Positions 1-17,800 of a stretch of DNA of 64,000 nt are shown here, one piece after another. Under the pieces are notes generated by a model. The model had not been told where the DNA came from and did not search any database. It saw nothing but the letters and a program-made list of their open reading frames with translations. This DNA comes from the human T2T-CHM13v2.0 reference genome, Homo sapiens. Within the stretch, counting starts at the first letter, position 1. Each line of letters begins with the position of its first letter. A program made the position numbers and the translations under genes. Where the stretch lies: assembly GCF_009914755.1 (NCBI RefSeq), contig NC_060928.1; one strand, 5' to 3'.

Positions 1-473
1 TGGGGGACGGGCGCCCGCCATTGCCCAGGCCTGCTTAGGTAAACAAAGCAGCCAGGAAGCTCGAACTGGGTGGAGCCCACCACAGCTCAAGGAGGCCTGC
101 CTGTCTCTGTAGGCTCCACCTCTGGGGGCAGGGCACACACAAACAAAAAGACAGCAGTAACCTCTGCAGACTTAAATGTCCCTGTCTGACAGCTTTGAAG
201 AGAGCAGTGGTTCTCCCAGCACGCAGCTGGAGATCTGAGAACCGGCAGACTGCCTCAAGTGGGTCCCTGACCCCTGACCCCCGAGCAGCCTTACTGGGAG
301 GCACCCCCCAGCAGGGGCACACTGACACCTCACACGGCACGGCATTCCAACAGACCTGCAGCTGAGGGTCCTGTCTGTTAGAAGGAAAACTAACAACCAG
401 AAAGGACATCCACACCAAAAACCCATCTGTACATCACCATCATCAAAGACCAAAAGTAGATAAAACCACAAAG

Positions 474-1490
474 ATGGGGAAAAAACAGAACAGAAAAACT
501 GGAAACTCTAAAATGCAGAGCGCCTCTCCTCCTCCAGAGGAACGCAGTTCCTCACCAGCAACGGAACAAAGCTGGATGGAGAATGATTTTGACGAGCTGA
601 GAGAAGAAGGCTTCAGACGATCAAATTACTCTGAGCTACGGGAGGACATTCAAACCAAAGGAAAAGAAGTTGAAAACTTTGAAAAAAATTTAGAAGAATG
701 TATAACTAGAATAACCAATACAGAGAAGTGCTTAAAGGAGCTGATGGAGCTGAAAACCAAGGCTCGAGCACTACGTGCAGAATGCAGAAGCCTCAGGAGC
801 TGATGAGATCAACTGGAAGAAAGGGTATCAGCAATGGAAGATGAAATGAATGAAATGAAGCAAGAAGGAAAGTTTAGAGAAAAAAGAATAAAAAGAAATG
901 AGCAAAGCCTACAAGAAATATGGGACTATGTGAAAAGACCAAATCTACGTCTGATTGGTGTACCTGAAACTGATGTGGAGAATGAAACCAAGTTGGAAAA
1001 CACTCTGCAGGATATTATCCAGGAGAACTTCCCCAATCTACCAAGGCAGGCCAACGTTCAGATTCAGGAAATACAGAGAACGCCACAAAGATACTCCTCG
1101 AGAAGAGCAACTCCAAGACACATAATTGTCAGATTCACCAAAGTTGAAATGAAGGAAAAAATGTTAAGGGCAGACAGAGAGAAAGGTCGGGTTACCCTCA
1201 AAGGGAAGCCCATCAGACTAACAGCGGATCTCTCGGCAGAAACCCTACAAGCAAGAAGAGAGTAGGGGCCAATATTCAACATTCTTAAAGGAAAGAATTT
1301 TCAACCCAGAATTTCATATCCAGCCAAACTAAGCTTCATAAGTGAAGGAGAAATAAAATACTTTACAGACAAGCAAATGCTGAGAGATTTTGTCACCACC
1401 AGGCCTGCCCTAAAAGAGCTCCTGAAGGAAGCGCTAAACATGGAAAGGAACAACCGGTACCAGCCGCTGCAAAATCATGCCAAAATGTAA
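474..1490 (+). pseudogene. ORF1: L1 ORF1p (coiled coil/RRM/CTD), disrupted
   Basis: MGKKQNRKTGNSK start, canonical 1017-nt span ending TAA at 1488-1490; premature stops at 801-803 (TGA) and 1263-1265 (TAG). Confidence 0.96.
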
Positions 1491-1526
1491 AGACCATCGA
1501 GACTAGGAAGAAACTGCATCAACTAA

Positions 1527-5381
<3,855 letters not shown>

Positions 5382-5564
5382 ACAATGAGATCACATGGAC
5401 ACAGGAAGGGGAATATCACACTCTGGGGACTGTGGTGGGGTGGGGGGAGGGGGGAGGGATAGCACTGGGAGATATACCTAATGCTAGATGACGCGTTAGT
5501 GGGTGCAGCGCACCAGCATGGCACATGTACCCTAAAACTTAAAGTATAATAAAAAAAAAAAAAA

Positions 5565-5906
5565 TGATGAGTTCATGTCCTTTGTAGGGACATGGATGAA
5601 ATTGGAAATCATCATTCTCAGTAAACTATCACAAGAACAAAAAGCCAAACACCCGCATATTGTTACTCATAGGTGGGAATTGAACAATGAGAACACATGG
5701 ACACAGGAAGGGGAACATCATACTCTGGGGACTGTTTCGGGGTGGGGGAGGGGGAGGGATAGCTTTAGGAGATATACCTAATGCTAAATGATGAGTTAAT
5801 GGGTGCAGCACACCAGCATGGCACATGTATACATATGTAACTAACCTGCACATTGTGCACATGTACCCTAAAACTTAAAGTATAATAATAATAAAATAAA
5901 AAAAAA
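5565..5906 (+). mobile_element. 3' end of a second, slightly older L1PA (about L1PA3-4)
   Basis: TGATGAGTTCATGTCCTTTGTAGGG through the ORF2 end, 3'UTR (GCTAAATGATGAGTTAATGGG variant) and its own A-rich tail. Confidence 0.93.
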
Positions 5907-6131
5907 TTGTTTTGGAAAAAAACTAATATAATACTTAATTTCTCCACTACAGCTATACAGTAGCACATTTACAGCATTTCACAGTAGTATCTTGGAAAGT
6001 CATCTTATTGCCAGATACTATAATATTTAACTCTCTGATATTCGATTCCCATTACTTTTTTGTGTACATTCAAAAATTTTTAACCTGTATGCATTATCCA
6101 GCCAAAATATTAAATTAAAAAGTAGAAATTT

Positions 6132-6418
6132 GGCCAGGTGCGGTGGCTCATGCCTGTAATCCCAGCACTTTAGGAGGCCGAGGCTGGCCGATCACGAGGT
6201 CAGGAGATCAAGACCATCCTGGCTAACATGGTGAAACCCCGTCTCTATTAAAATATACAAAAAATTAGCCAGGTGTGGTAGTGGACGCCTGTAGTCCCAG
6301 CTACTCAGGAGGCTGAGGCAGGAGAATGGCATGAACCCGGGAGGCGGAGCTTGCTGTGAGCCGAGATTGCACCACTGCACTACAGCCTGGGCGACAGAGC
6401 GAGACTCCGTCTCAAAAA
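6132..6418 (+). mobile_element. AluY-like SINE with only a 5-A tail
   Basis: GGCCAGGTGCGGTGGCTCA start; GATCACGAGGTCAGGAGATC, ACCATCCTGGCTAACA, AATGGCATGAACCCGGG and GGAGCTTGC diagnostics. Confidence 0.93.
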
Positions 6419-6479
6419 CTGCCCTGTTCTCCCTTTCTGCCTTACCCTGCTTGGTGGATTCTCTTAGTCTGTCGGTTGT

Positions 6480-6881
6480 TGTATTATTCAGAGTTCCCAG
6501 GGAAACAAAAGAGAGAGAGAGAGAAATTTATTTTAAGGAATCGACTCAGATGATTGACGTCTGGCAAGTCCGAAGTCTGCAAGTCAGGCCAGGGCTGGAG
6601 ACACAGGGAAAAGTTGATGTTGCAGTCTTGAGTCTTAAGGCAGTCTGAAGCTAGAATTCCATCGTTCTCAGAGGAATCTCAGTTTTCTCTCTTAAGGCCT
6701 TGACCTGATTATACAAGGCCCACCTACATTACAGAGTGTGATCTGCTTTACTCAAAGTCTACTGATTTAAATGTAAATCACATCTAAAAACTACCCTTAA
6801 AGTGACATCTAGACTGGTGTTTAACCAAACAACTAGGTACCATAACCTCCCCAAGATGACACAAGAAAATTAACCATCACA
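6480..6881 (-). mobile_element. MLT2-type (ERVL) solo LTR
   Basis: Ends AAAATTAACCATCACA (reverse complement TGTGATGGTTAATTTT); contains CTGCTTTACTCAAAGTCTACTGATTTAAATGT. Confidence 0.8.
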
Positions 6882-8297
6882 GCAGCTCGTACGTAAATTT
6901 TAAATTTTAGAAACTGTGAAAATTACAGAAGGCCAATTAGTGAATTGGTTTTGCCATCTTAAATCCTAAGTAGTGTGTCTTAAAGTTTCAATGATTCTGT
7001 AAAGCTGAACATATCATATCTTGAATAATTGCAAACAAAAACATTTTTCCCATAATAAACACAATTCCACTGAGCAACCAACACCACTAATGTAAAATGA
7101 AGCCCCTATTTTAGACTAGTGAATTGCAGTAGTGACAGGAGGGGAAAGGGTAGAACAAGGAGTTCGATTAATAACTGATTGTGAAAAATCAATTTCGATA
7201 ACGCACTACTTTCACACCAGCTGTGAGATATTAAGGCTTGAATTTGAATTTGTGGCCCACACAAAATATTGCAGTGTCCTACAACAGATGCCATTTGAGC
7301 TTTGGGAAAGAGAGCCTTGGCCTAATGTCATGGTGCTGTGATGGCTTCCTTCCTACAGACAAGGAGCAGGAAAATTGGGAAAGTCACTAGTGTAACCAGA
7401 AACAACATATGAATGTCAAATATAAATTTGATAGTACTGCATCCATTGCAGCAGTCTTCACATTCACACCCGATTTCATTACAAAATTAGGATTGGAAAC
7501 TGCTAGTATTCTGGCAGGTAGTTTCAGGGCATAATCAAAACCTCATGTCACCTGAGGCACTCTGAGCAAAATTCCAAACTGCCAAGAGCACCACCTAATT
7601 TGCCAATACAGTTGCATATTTTTGCTACAAAGATAAAGAGTGCAACAGTGATATTTGCTTGCATTTTTGCATGTTACCCGATAAGTGGCTTCAAACTTCA
7701 AAGGACTTGTATTTTTTTCAGTGCTCACACAATAAAATTCTGAGATCATCAGCTCTGTATTTGCTTTCTCGTCTCAGGGAAAAGTTGACCTTGGGTGATT
7801 TCGAACTGCTCTGCCCACAGCACTTAGGGGTTAATTGCAGCTCACATACTTTAAAAAAAATACTTCTTGTGACACATTGATCCAAAATATTACCACCAAA
7901 ACATTTAAAACAATTGCAATATGATACTGATTGTCACATCTTTGCTGTGTAGGGGTTTATATGCAAAAAGATTCATGATTGACCCTTTCAATAGTTACAG
8001 ATTGAATAATATCCGAGTTAATAACTATCCTTTAAGTATTCTTCTATGTGCTTAGCCTTCTCTCATGTGCATATGAATTGTCAGCAACGCCATCAGTCAA
8101 GAGAAAGTAGGAAATATTACTTTTTCATGTGCATATGAGACACACACAGATAAACAGGACATGGCTCCTCAAGAATCTTGTAGTCTTCTAAGGGAGAAAG
8201 AGAAGTAATCAGTTAAAATACAGCACAGTAAGGGCTGGCATTAAGTATCATGAGCATCTGGGAAACTACAAATCTCTTAGTATGACCAGGGTACAGG

Positions 8298-8381
8298 GCT
8301 TAACATGAAGTATTATTAGGGCTGTCCATGATTATAGTAGCTTAACATGAAGTATTATTAGAGCTGTCCATGATTACAGTA
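8298..8381. repeat. 42-bp tandem duplication (2 copies)
   Basis: GCTTAACATGAAGTATTATTAG(G/A)GCTGTCCATGATTA(T/C)AGTA twice, 2 mismatches. Confidence 0.95.
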
Positions 8382-8579
8382 CAGGATTAAGAGGCATTAT
8401 TGAAGGCCCAATTCTAAAGCATGAATTTGTAATGATACAAATCTAAATACTACATAGAGATGGTTCTTGTTTTATCTTACCATAGTCATGCCATTCTGAT
8501 TGTAATCATTCTGGTTTTAATAGATAATGTAATTGGGACCTAGAGACATTTATCAAGCCAACTTTGTTGAGCACTTTGT

Positions 8580-8945
8580 TTCACACAGAACAATGGCTCC
8601 CCAAACATATCTATATCATAATTCCTGGAACCTGTAAATATGTTGCCTCGCATGGCAAAGAAGACTTTGGAGATTAAATATATTTCTTGAGATGGGAAGA
8701 TTATTCAGGTGGGCCCAATAAGAGGGAGGCAGAAGACTCAAGAGTCAGAGAAGGAGACGTAACAAGAGAAGCAGAGTTCAGTGTTGCAGGGAAGGATCCC
8801 CAAGGCAAAGAATGTGGGCAATACCAGAAGCTAGGAGAAGCAAGGAAGTGAGTTCATCCTAGAACCTCCAGAAGGAAGACAGCCCTATCAACACCTTGAC
8901 CTCCATACTGTACGATAATAAATGTGCACTCTCTTAAGCCAGTAG
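8580..8945 (+). mobile_element. MLT1C/D-like MaLR LTR
   Basis: CAGAACAATGGCTCCCCAAA, CCTGGAACCTGTAAATATGTT, TAGAACCTCCAGAAGGAA and AATAAATGTG motifs. Confidence 0.75.
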
Positions 8946-8959
8946 TATGCCAGCATTAT

Positions 8960-9185
8960 CATAAGTGCTTCGCATGAATGAAATAATTTTAGCCTCACTA
9001 ACGTGAGTCAGGGACTACTTTATATTATATGTAGTCCTCACGACAACACTTATAATGTAGGTACTAGCTTTCTACCCATTTTGGAAGTGTGGAAACCAAG
9101 ATACGAAGAATTAAAGTAATTTGTCTAAGGTCATACATTTAATCGTTGACAAAGCCTGAGTTTGATCCCAGGCAATCTAGGGTGC
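8960..9185. mobile_element. MIR fragment(s)
   Basis: Core-like CCCATTTT...GGAAACCAAG...TTAAAGTAATTTGTCTAAGGTCATAC. Confidence 0.6.
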
Positions 9186-9244
9186 ATCTTGACTTGAAGT
9201 GTCTTCTTTTCCACATTCGCACACTTATTAAATGTCAAAAATAG

Positions 9245-9770
9245 TGTCTTAATCTGTGTTTCCCCCAATAAAAACAGAGCCTAAGAAAAACGTTTGTGTG
9301 CAAGTAGTTCATTTTGAGTATTGATCCTAAGAAGCAGGAACAGGGGACTTGGAATAATGAAAACAGAAGGAGGAGCCAGTCCAAGGATTTATGATCAAGC
9401 TGTACTCACTGAAAAGAACTAGGATCTTATCCCACGGGATAATGTCTAAGGAATGTGGAGAAGGCATCTCAGAATTGTCTATTCAAGGAACAGAAGAGGG
9501 AATTATTTATTTGCCAGCTTTTGTCCCCCATTAATCCAAGGTTCAGAACTCAGTGTTAACTTTTCACACTTTCAGGGCTATGCACACACCAGATGAGATG
9601 AGTGGGTTACTAAGGTCTTCGACTTGGAGGCAGCTAAGAAGCCTCATGGTGACAGGTACTCAATTCAGCCAGAGTGAGGATCTGTCAGGTTACACCTGCC
9701 CCAGTTGAGTGCTGTGGCAACAGCTGGAGAAATAAACGTGAGCTGTAAAAATGTAACAGCATAAAAGGAG
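9245..9770 (-). mobile_element. Old ERVL LTR (LTR16/LTR33-like)
   Basis: TGTCTTAATCTGTGTTTCCCC...CAGAGCCTAAGA...TGTGTGCAAGTAGTTCATTT terminus; right boundary uncertain. Confidence 0.45.
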
Positions 9771-11799
9771 TCTAATGCAGCTGGTCTTTGGATTTCAAAT
9801 TCCAGATTCTTTCCATTGTATCATGATGCATCTCCTCAAGTAATCACTTGTTTTTGCTTTGATAAGATCTGATGTTTTGAAAGATTAGGCTTCTGCCATA
9901 ATAGTGAACAATTTTCTTATATATCCCACGAAAGGTGGATTATGCTGTTTTATATGGATTACTTTTGTCTCACTAAATGGATATCAAATTCCTAGAAAGT
10001 GGATATGGTAACATTTACCACTTTTTTTCTTTTCACAATATCCAAATCAACAATGGACTTAAAATAGGAACGCAAAAAATATGCACTGATTAGTATTCAT
10101 TTGAATTTCAACTTCTCAGATATTAGTTTTATTAGTAATTACTGTCAAAATGTAAATAGCCCCACTACGGATTTTAGAAAATGCTTTCTTCATGTTTTAA
10201 TGCTCCTTTCAAATCTGTTGCTGTTCTTTCTTCTTTTAATTTTAATAGCTTAATGTTTTTCATCCAAATATAGCACAAAATTTGACTTCTGTCATTAGAC
10301 GGGAGAATCACCAAGGACCAAACCTGGAAATCCTGAAAAATGTTTCTTTTCAGATGGATCATAATTCAAATTGAACAAAGTTTTAAGAAATCCTAAGTAT
10401 AATTCTATATTAATATATTTGTCATTTTTATAGAGAACATTTTTTATCAATTGGACAACATGTACAGTACAACAAACCATCCAAAGAATAGACAGCATTA
10501 GAATGTAGGTTAATATGGTTATGACTATATGTCACTAATTTGAGGCCAATTACATAGACATAATAAAAACTAAATAGATTGTGATATATTATTATTTTAT
10601 ATATCTGGCCAGTAAGTGAAAGACAGCCAAATATTTTGTACCTTAGCAGCACAGGGAAATTTCTCAGAACATAGCACTCTTTATTTACCTCATTTCAAAA
10701 ACAAAAACATTTCCATAAAGAAATATTCATGCCAAAATAAATACAGAAATTAAACTTTGTTGGATATAATTATTTGAATTTGCTTGACCTTTTTCTGTCT
10801 TTTCTTGGTTATTACACCTGTGAAAATGGTGTTTTAGTTTTAGTAGAAAATAAGCCAAAAAAGGTTCCACTGGGAATCACTATCATTTATCACAAAAATT
10901 AAAATTAAGTAATACACTAAAAATGTTTACCATTTGAGAGACAGTAATCTACAAAATTTACTCTAGCCACATTGAAACTTTATTCTTGAATATGGTTTTA
11001 TTTAATGGATAATTGCATATAAGTAATTTTCTACACACATGTATCATACAGTAATTACTTTTGATAATCATTATTTTAAAATCATTTAAAGTTATAAATA
11101 ACATAAAAGAAAAGATTATTTTTCACTTTATCTGTATTTAATAGAAAAGTTTCTTAGGGTATAATTCTAGAAAAGTATTACAAATTAAGGTTTATTCAGT
11201 TTTTTTTTATGTAATTAACGCTTGGTAAGGATAAATCACATACTTATGATTTTGGAGGTTTAGGATTCTGTGAGACTAATTAATCATGATCAAATGCACC
11301 TTGAAAAAAACATTCTATGCCAATGAAAAGAACTATTCAACTATGGTAATAAATCATCAATTCACAAGGAAATGTGGGGCCTCAGTTTTTATGGGCTCAT
11401 CAGAAAGACCTGCATGCCATAAACACATGTATTTGGTATTTGGGGTTACTGCTTTTAAAAATATGGAGAAAAGACAAAAAAAATCTGTCAAATCAAAAAG
11501 CTAATATAAGTTTCCAAATTTTTTAAATCATAGATTCATAACCTTCTTAAGAAAAGGCGTGAATCTTTAAAGAAGATCTTTGGAGGCCTGATACAAATGA
11601 TAGAGAACAGAAATTTAAAACCTGTTTTTTCAAAGTTAACAACCCTATATTTGAAAAGTGATATATTTTAAAAATTAAGCAAATATTTTGTTCATATTTC
11701 ATTAGGAGAAAAGAGGCTATCACATTGCAGTTTCAAGTTGCAATTTATATGTAGAAGCTTTCTGTTCATACTAATGCTATTTTTTTCACTCCTTAGCGT

Positions 11800-12180
11800 C
11801 TTCTATAGTTTGAATATATCCCCCAAAAAGCAGGTGTTGGAAACCCCATTGCAACAGTATTGGAAGGGAAGGCCTAATGAGATGGGATTGGGCTGGGAGG
11901 GTTCCATCCTCATCAACAGATTAATGTCATTATGGCGAAAGTGTGTTCATTATAAATGGGCAAGTTTTGTCCTCTATTCACTCTCTTGCCCTCTCTCATC
12001 TTCTCTCTTACTCTTTTGTCTTTTCCATAGGATGCCACCACAAGAAAGGCCTCACCACAGGCTAGCCCCTCTATCTCAGACTTCCCTGAATTCAGGACTA
12101 TGAGCCAATAAATATCTGTTCATTATCAATCGCCCCACCTCACACATTCAGTTATAGTCACAGAAAACAGACGAAAATAA
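11800..12180 (+). mobile_element. MST-type MaLR solo LTR
   Basis: CTATAGTTTGAATATATCCCCCAAAAG...GTGTTGGAAAC start; GAGCCAATAAATATCTGTTCATTAT and GTTATAGTCACAGAAAACAGAC end. Confidence 0.8.
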
Positions 12181-13776
12181 CATCCCATATTTTCCATGTT
12201 CCTACAGTGCACTTTCAGAGAATTGCTTCCAGTTTCCGAATACCACTGAGCATGTACTAGAATGTAAGACTCAGTCGAGCTTCTGGAATGCTGGGAACAC
12301 CAGGTAAAATGTGTGAAACACAACATACAGCAACTTACCCTGTACTGGCCCATCTCTAGCTGGCTGAAATTACAACATGTAATTTATCTTGCAGGAATAT
12401 TGTTTCTACCATCTGTATCAAATAATCCAATTACCTAACAGCAGTAAAATGTATGCAAGTAATATCAGGAACCATATTAGACTATGAACAACCTGAGGTC
12501 TGTCGTATTGGGAAACTAGACCAAAAGAGGAGATCAAAACCCAAAGAAATGTAAAACAGAAACCTTCACACACAACATGAAGACTTAGCCATCCAACATC
12601 CCATCCAATAACTAAAATAAACAAAGCATCCATTTATCATGTTACAGTGTCTGGAATTCTTACTGGCCTAGTTTCTGACAGTTTTCTGAGATATTTCCTT
12701 TGTTCGCTCACACTAAATAATCTCAAACCAGATGTATGATGATCAGCCAGGTTTAGGTGGAAGAAGTATTTATTCCCATTAACCTGTTAACAGATAAATA
12801 TGTCAGTAATGCCATGTAGTACCATCTGATTCAAGGGAATAGAAAGGCATATTTCTTCAGTTTAAAAAAAAAATTCCCAGTACATGTTATTTGTTCCTTT
12901 TAAAACATCTTTTCTTTTCAGTATAGATATACTTTCATCACATACTTTTCTTCCAGAATGTACTTGAGTATTCTTTGTTTTTCAAACTTCCTATTACATG
13001 CGGGTTCTCAGCTGAGTGGTGTGCTGAAATCCCAGAAGGAAAAAAATATAGGCAAAAGGGAAGAAAGTGGGGACAGAGCCAAGTATAAGAGATAAACCCT
13101 GCTTTAATGCTAACCCCAGTTAACTTGGCCAACAGCTCAAATCAAAATGTACAAAGTAGTTTTGTAAGCTAAGCTCAAACTGGCCCTTCACTGGCCAATG
13201 GACACTGTTGCATGAGGGTAACCCAGGCTTTTACACTGACTACAGTTGTTTAGGGGAAACTGGAAGGGAGGGCTGTATCTCAGGAAATGTAGGGGAAAAG
13301 GCCAAATCTACAATGGTCTCTGCAAACAAAAAGCAGGGTTAATGGGTCAAATCCATAATGTGTCTGTGTGTATACTCAACATGAAAACTGGACATCAAAG
13401 ACCTAATTTTAGATGAAGAGTCTAAAATTTTGGTTAAGCCCACAGAGTGAAAAAGGTCCAGCATTTAGAGAGTCCCTAAGGCCATTGTAGGCCCAGAGTG
13501 CTTTGTGGAAGATGTCAGTCGGGAGCGGAAGAGCAAATTCAGTTGATTTCTTAGACGGAAATAACAGAAAAGTGACAAAGATCCAGAAGTAGGTTTATTA
13601 GGGTTTACCTTGAATCTTATGACATTCAGGGACCCCTCACCTGCACAGACCCCTTCTAAAGATACGGGAGGAAGCCTAGCAATATGTTCCTGTGATCACA
13701 GGTTTCTGGAATTTTTATCAGTATAAAATAAAATTATTATGACATCAGAAGAAACTTGGAAAGACCCTTAGATTAG

Positions 13777-14144
<368 letters not shown>

Positions 14145-14545
14145 AGAGTACTTTTTTTGTCATCTCTAAATTTATCTTTTAAAAATTCTCTATTGTTTTT
14201 ATATGCACAAACCTATGATAGTATTTCTCCCAGTTTTACAGTGATCTTAAAAACTGATGACAAATAACAAATAATGAATTGTTTAGATAAAATAGTTTTT
14301 TCAAAACTTTTGGTAATGTATATTTTCTAAACTATCAATATACGTTATTGGCAGTTTAGAAAAACCTCTTTCAGATATATATATATTATATATATATATT
14401 ATACACACACACATATATATGTACTTTTCACATATATAATCAACCATGCTAGAGGAAGTATTGAGTTATCCTTTCATTCTCTCTGTTGCAAACATAACAA
14501 AAATTGTTTTCATTTGAAGCATATGCAGGTCAAAAAATGTAAGAA

Positions 14546-14585
<40 letters not shown>

Positions 14586-14859
14586 GGTATGTCAGGTAGT
14601 TAATAAAATATTATGTTATATTCATGAATTTGTGATGATTATGATTTGTCAGTTTTTTTAAGTTAGTAATTTTTGTAGTTTCTTTTTTATTCTAAATAAT
14701 TACTTTATACCTAACTTTTAAATATATGACTTAGAGGAAAGGGGTTTGAGGGGGAAGGACAGATATCTAAATTGTATAAGCTTTAGCCTCCGCAGAATCT
14801 AGAATCACTCCCATTTTGAAATTGAACGTCAGTTTTGTTTGCTCTTTTTTGTTGTTGTT

Positions 14860-17800
14860 TCAAGATGGCAGATTAGAGGCTTTTAGCATGCTTCAACCAC
14901 TTGGAAATAGCAAGACAGTGCATAAAGACCAACTCCATGAGCTTTATGTCAAGAAGGAAAATAGGAGTACACTGGAATCAGGAAGGACACCCAGATCCTG
15001 GGAAGGAGAACATGGGAAAACAGACCCCATGACAGTGTCTGACTGATAGAGGTGAGTGAAGCCCCAGTACATCAGAGAGACAGAGAGCTTGCCTCTGTGA
15101 CTCACCTTTCCACTGAGGATCCAAGCAATCCAGGCTGAGGGAAAGCACTTTGTTTCTCCCAAGCCCTGGAGCTTACCTGGGGAGAGGCTTGAAGATGCTG
15201 TGAGGGGAAGACACTCGGAAAAGCTGCAGACATTTTCCTAGACCAGGACCAAGAGAAGGACACCATTTGTAATCCAGGTGCAAATAAAGTCAACCCGGCA
15301 CCGTGGCTGCACAGGCATTTCAGTCTTGGGCAGGAGATTGGAGCACCTGCTCTGAAGCAGATTAGAGGCTTCCACATCCAGAACCGTGGAAAGTGACTCA
15401 GCAATGGCAGTGGAATTGTATTCTTCTCCATCACAGGCCTGGGGCAGGAAGAGAGCTGCTACAACTACAGTCTCTCCTGGATGACACGACTGGCAGCCAG
15501 GGCCAGGTTAGTGACCTGGAACTGGTTTGTGTGTGTCATTGTTGAGTGCTTCAGCCTGCTCCCCTGAGATGGTATAGAGAAACCCTCTCTGCCCCACTCC
15601 AGGCAGAACCTCAGGCATTTAGAGCATCTACTTGCCTGGAACAGCAGCTTAAGCTAACCCACCCTCATGGACATAGATTGTGGTGCAATGGGGCCCTCTT
15701 TGCTCCACTCCCAGACACATCTTCAGGCATTCAGAGCACCCATTCACACAGGCTAGCAGCCTGAGTCATCCTACTCATCCTGTGCAGAGATCCTCTGCAT
15801 AGGGGCCACTCTATAGCCAGACAGATCTCCAGGAATTAGGAGCACCTGCTCACCTGGTTCGACAGCCTGAGCTAACCCCCACTACCTGGGTATAGATTTT
15901 GGTGCAATAAGACCCTCTTCACTCCACAGTCAGGTAGATCTCCAAGCATTTGGAGCACCCACTCACCTGGATTAGTCATTTAGGCCACCCCCTGTTCCTC
16001 ATGCAGCAAACTTGGGGCCAAGGAGGTTTTCCAGCTCCATGCCAAGGAACAATTCTGGGCTCTTGGTGGCTGTCCACTGGATTCGTCCTCAGGCCTGGTG
16101 TTTGTACCTGCAACCAGGGCCTTGTAGGTGGACCTGTATAGTCCAACTCTACACATCTTCCCCCTTATCCCACTGGGGCTGAGCAGGGAGCTCAGACCAC
16201 TGTGAACTCCACAAATAAGCCTCTTGCCTGAAGCAACAGAGAGCTTCTCCTGGTAAACAAGGATTAAGTATATACCCAGCCATGTGTTGGCCACAGTCAG
16301 CTCTCACCCATAGCACTATCTATTGATTGTAGGTCAAACTGCACAGTCCAATATAAAACCTGCCAGCAGAAGTCCATTGGCTGTGGAAGAAAAGTCAAAA
16401 GACGCTACCCAGCATTTTCTAGAGTCATACCCTCTAAGGAGTGGGGGAAAGGGAAAGGGAAAAAAGAAAAAATAGTAATATTATAGGGAAAGAAAGAAAA
16501 AAATAATCCTACCCACAAGAGAATAATTCAAAAATTAAAAAATACCAGTCTCTCCAGGTGAGAAGGAACCTGGGCAAGAATTCTAGTACCATGAAAAATC
16601 TTGATGACGTGATACCTCAAAGGATCACAGTAGCTCTCCAGCACTGGTCCCTAACCAAGATGGAAACTCAGAAATGACAGATAAAGAATTCAAATCATGG
16701 ATGCAAGGAAGCTCAGTGCGATCCAAGATAAGGTTGAAAATTAACATAAAGAAACTTCTAAGGCAATCCAGGAAATGAAGGAAGAAATAAACATCTTCAA
16801 AAGAAATCAGAGATTTTGGAATGGAAAAAAATCACTTAAGAGATTTTAAAATACAAAGGAAAGCTTTGTCAATAGACTGGACCAAGCAGAAGAAAGAATT
16901 TCAGAGCTTGAAGACCAGTCTTTTGAATTAACCCCATCAGACAAAAATTTTTTTAAAAGAAATTTAAGACATGTCCAAAGTCTTCAAGAAATATAGGATT
17001 ATGTAAAGCAACCAAAATTATGAAATATTGGCATTCCTGAAAGAAAAGAGAAAAAGAAAACAACCTAGAGAACATATTTGAGGGAATAATTCAAGAACAT
17101 TTTCCTTATCTTGCTAGAGAGGTAGGCATCCAGATATAAGAAATGTAGAGGACACCTGGAAAATACTATTCAAAACAAACATCACCAAGACGTAGATTCA
17201 CCAGAACTGCTCAGGGTCAATGCTAAAGAAAAAAATCTTAAAGGAACCTAGATAAAAAGTCAGATCACATACAAAGGGAACCTCATCAGGCTAACAGCAA
17301 GACTTCTCAGCAGAAATCTTACAATCCAGGAGAGATTGGAGGCCTATTTTCAGTATTCTTAAAGGTAAGAAATTCCAACCAAGAATTTTATATTCCACCA
17401 AACTAAGCTCTATAAGTGAAGGAGAAATAAAATCTTTTTCAGGGAAACAAGTGCTAAAGGAAATAGTTACCACTCTTGGGGTAACCACTAGACCACCAGA
17501 CCACCTTACAAGAGATCCTTACAGGAATTCTAAACACAGACACAACAGAACAATACTTATTACCATCAAAATATGCTAGCCCACGGACCCTATAAAGTAA
17601 CCACACAATAGGAACTACAAAGCAACCAGCAAACAACTTCATGATAGGATTAAGACTTCACTTACCAATATTAACCTTGAATGTATATTATCTAAACACA
17701 CCACTTAAAAGGCACAGAGTGGCAAGTTGAATTAGAAAAACAAGATCCATTCAACTGCTGTCTTTAATAGACTCATCTCACACATAACGACACCCATAGG

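Noticed and set aside
35-471. 127-aa and 99-aa minus-strand ORFs (and counterparts at 46700-47001)
   Set aside because: Antisense frames of the L1 5'UTR with non-ATG or weak starts; not independent genes.
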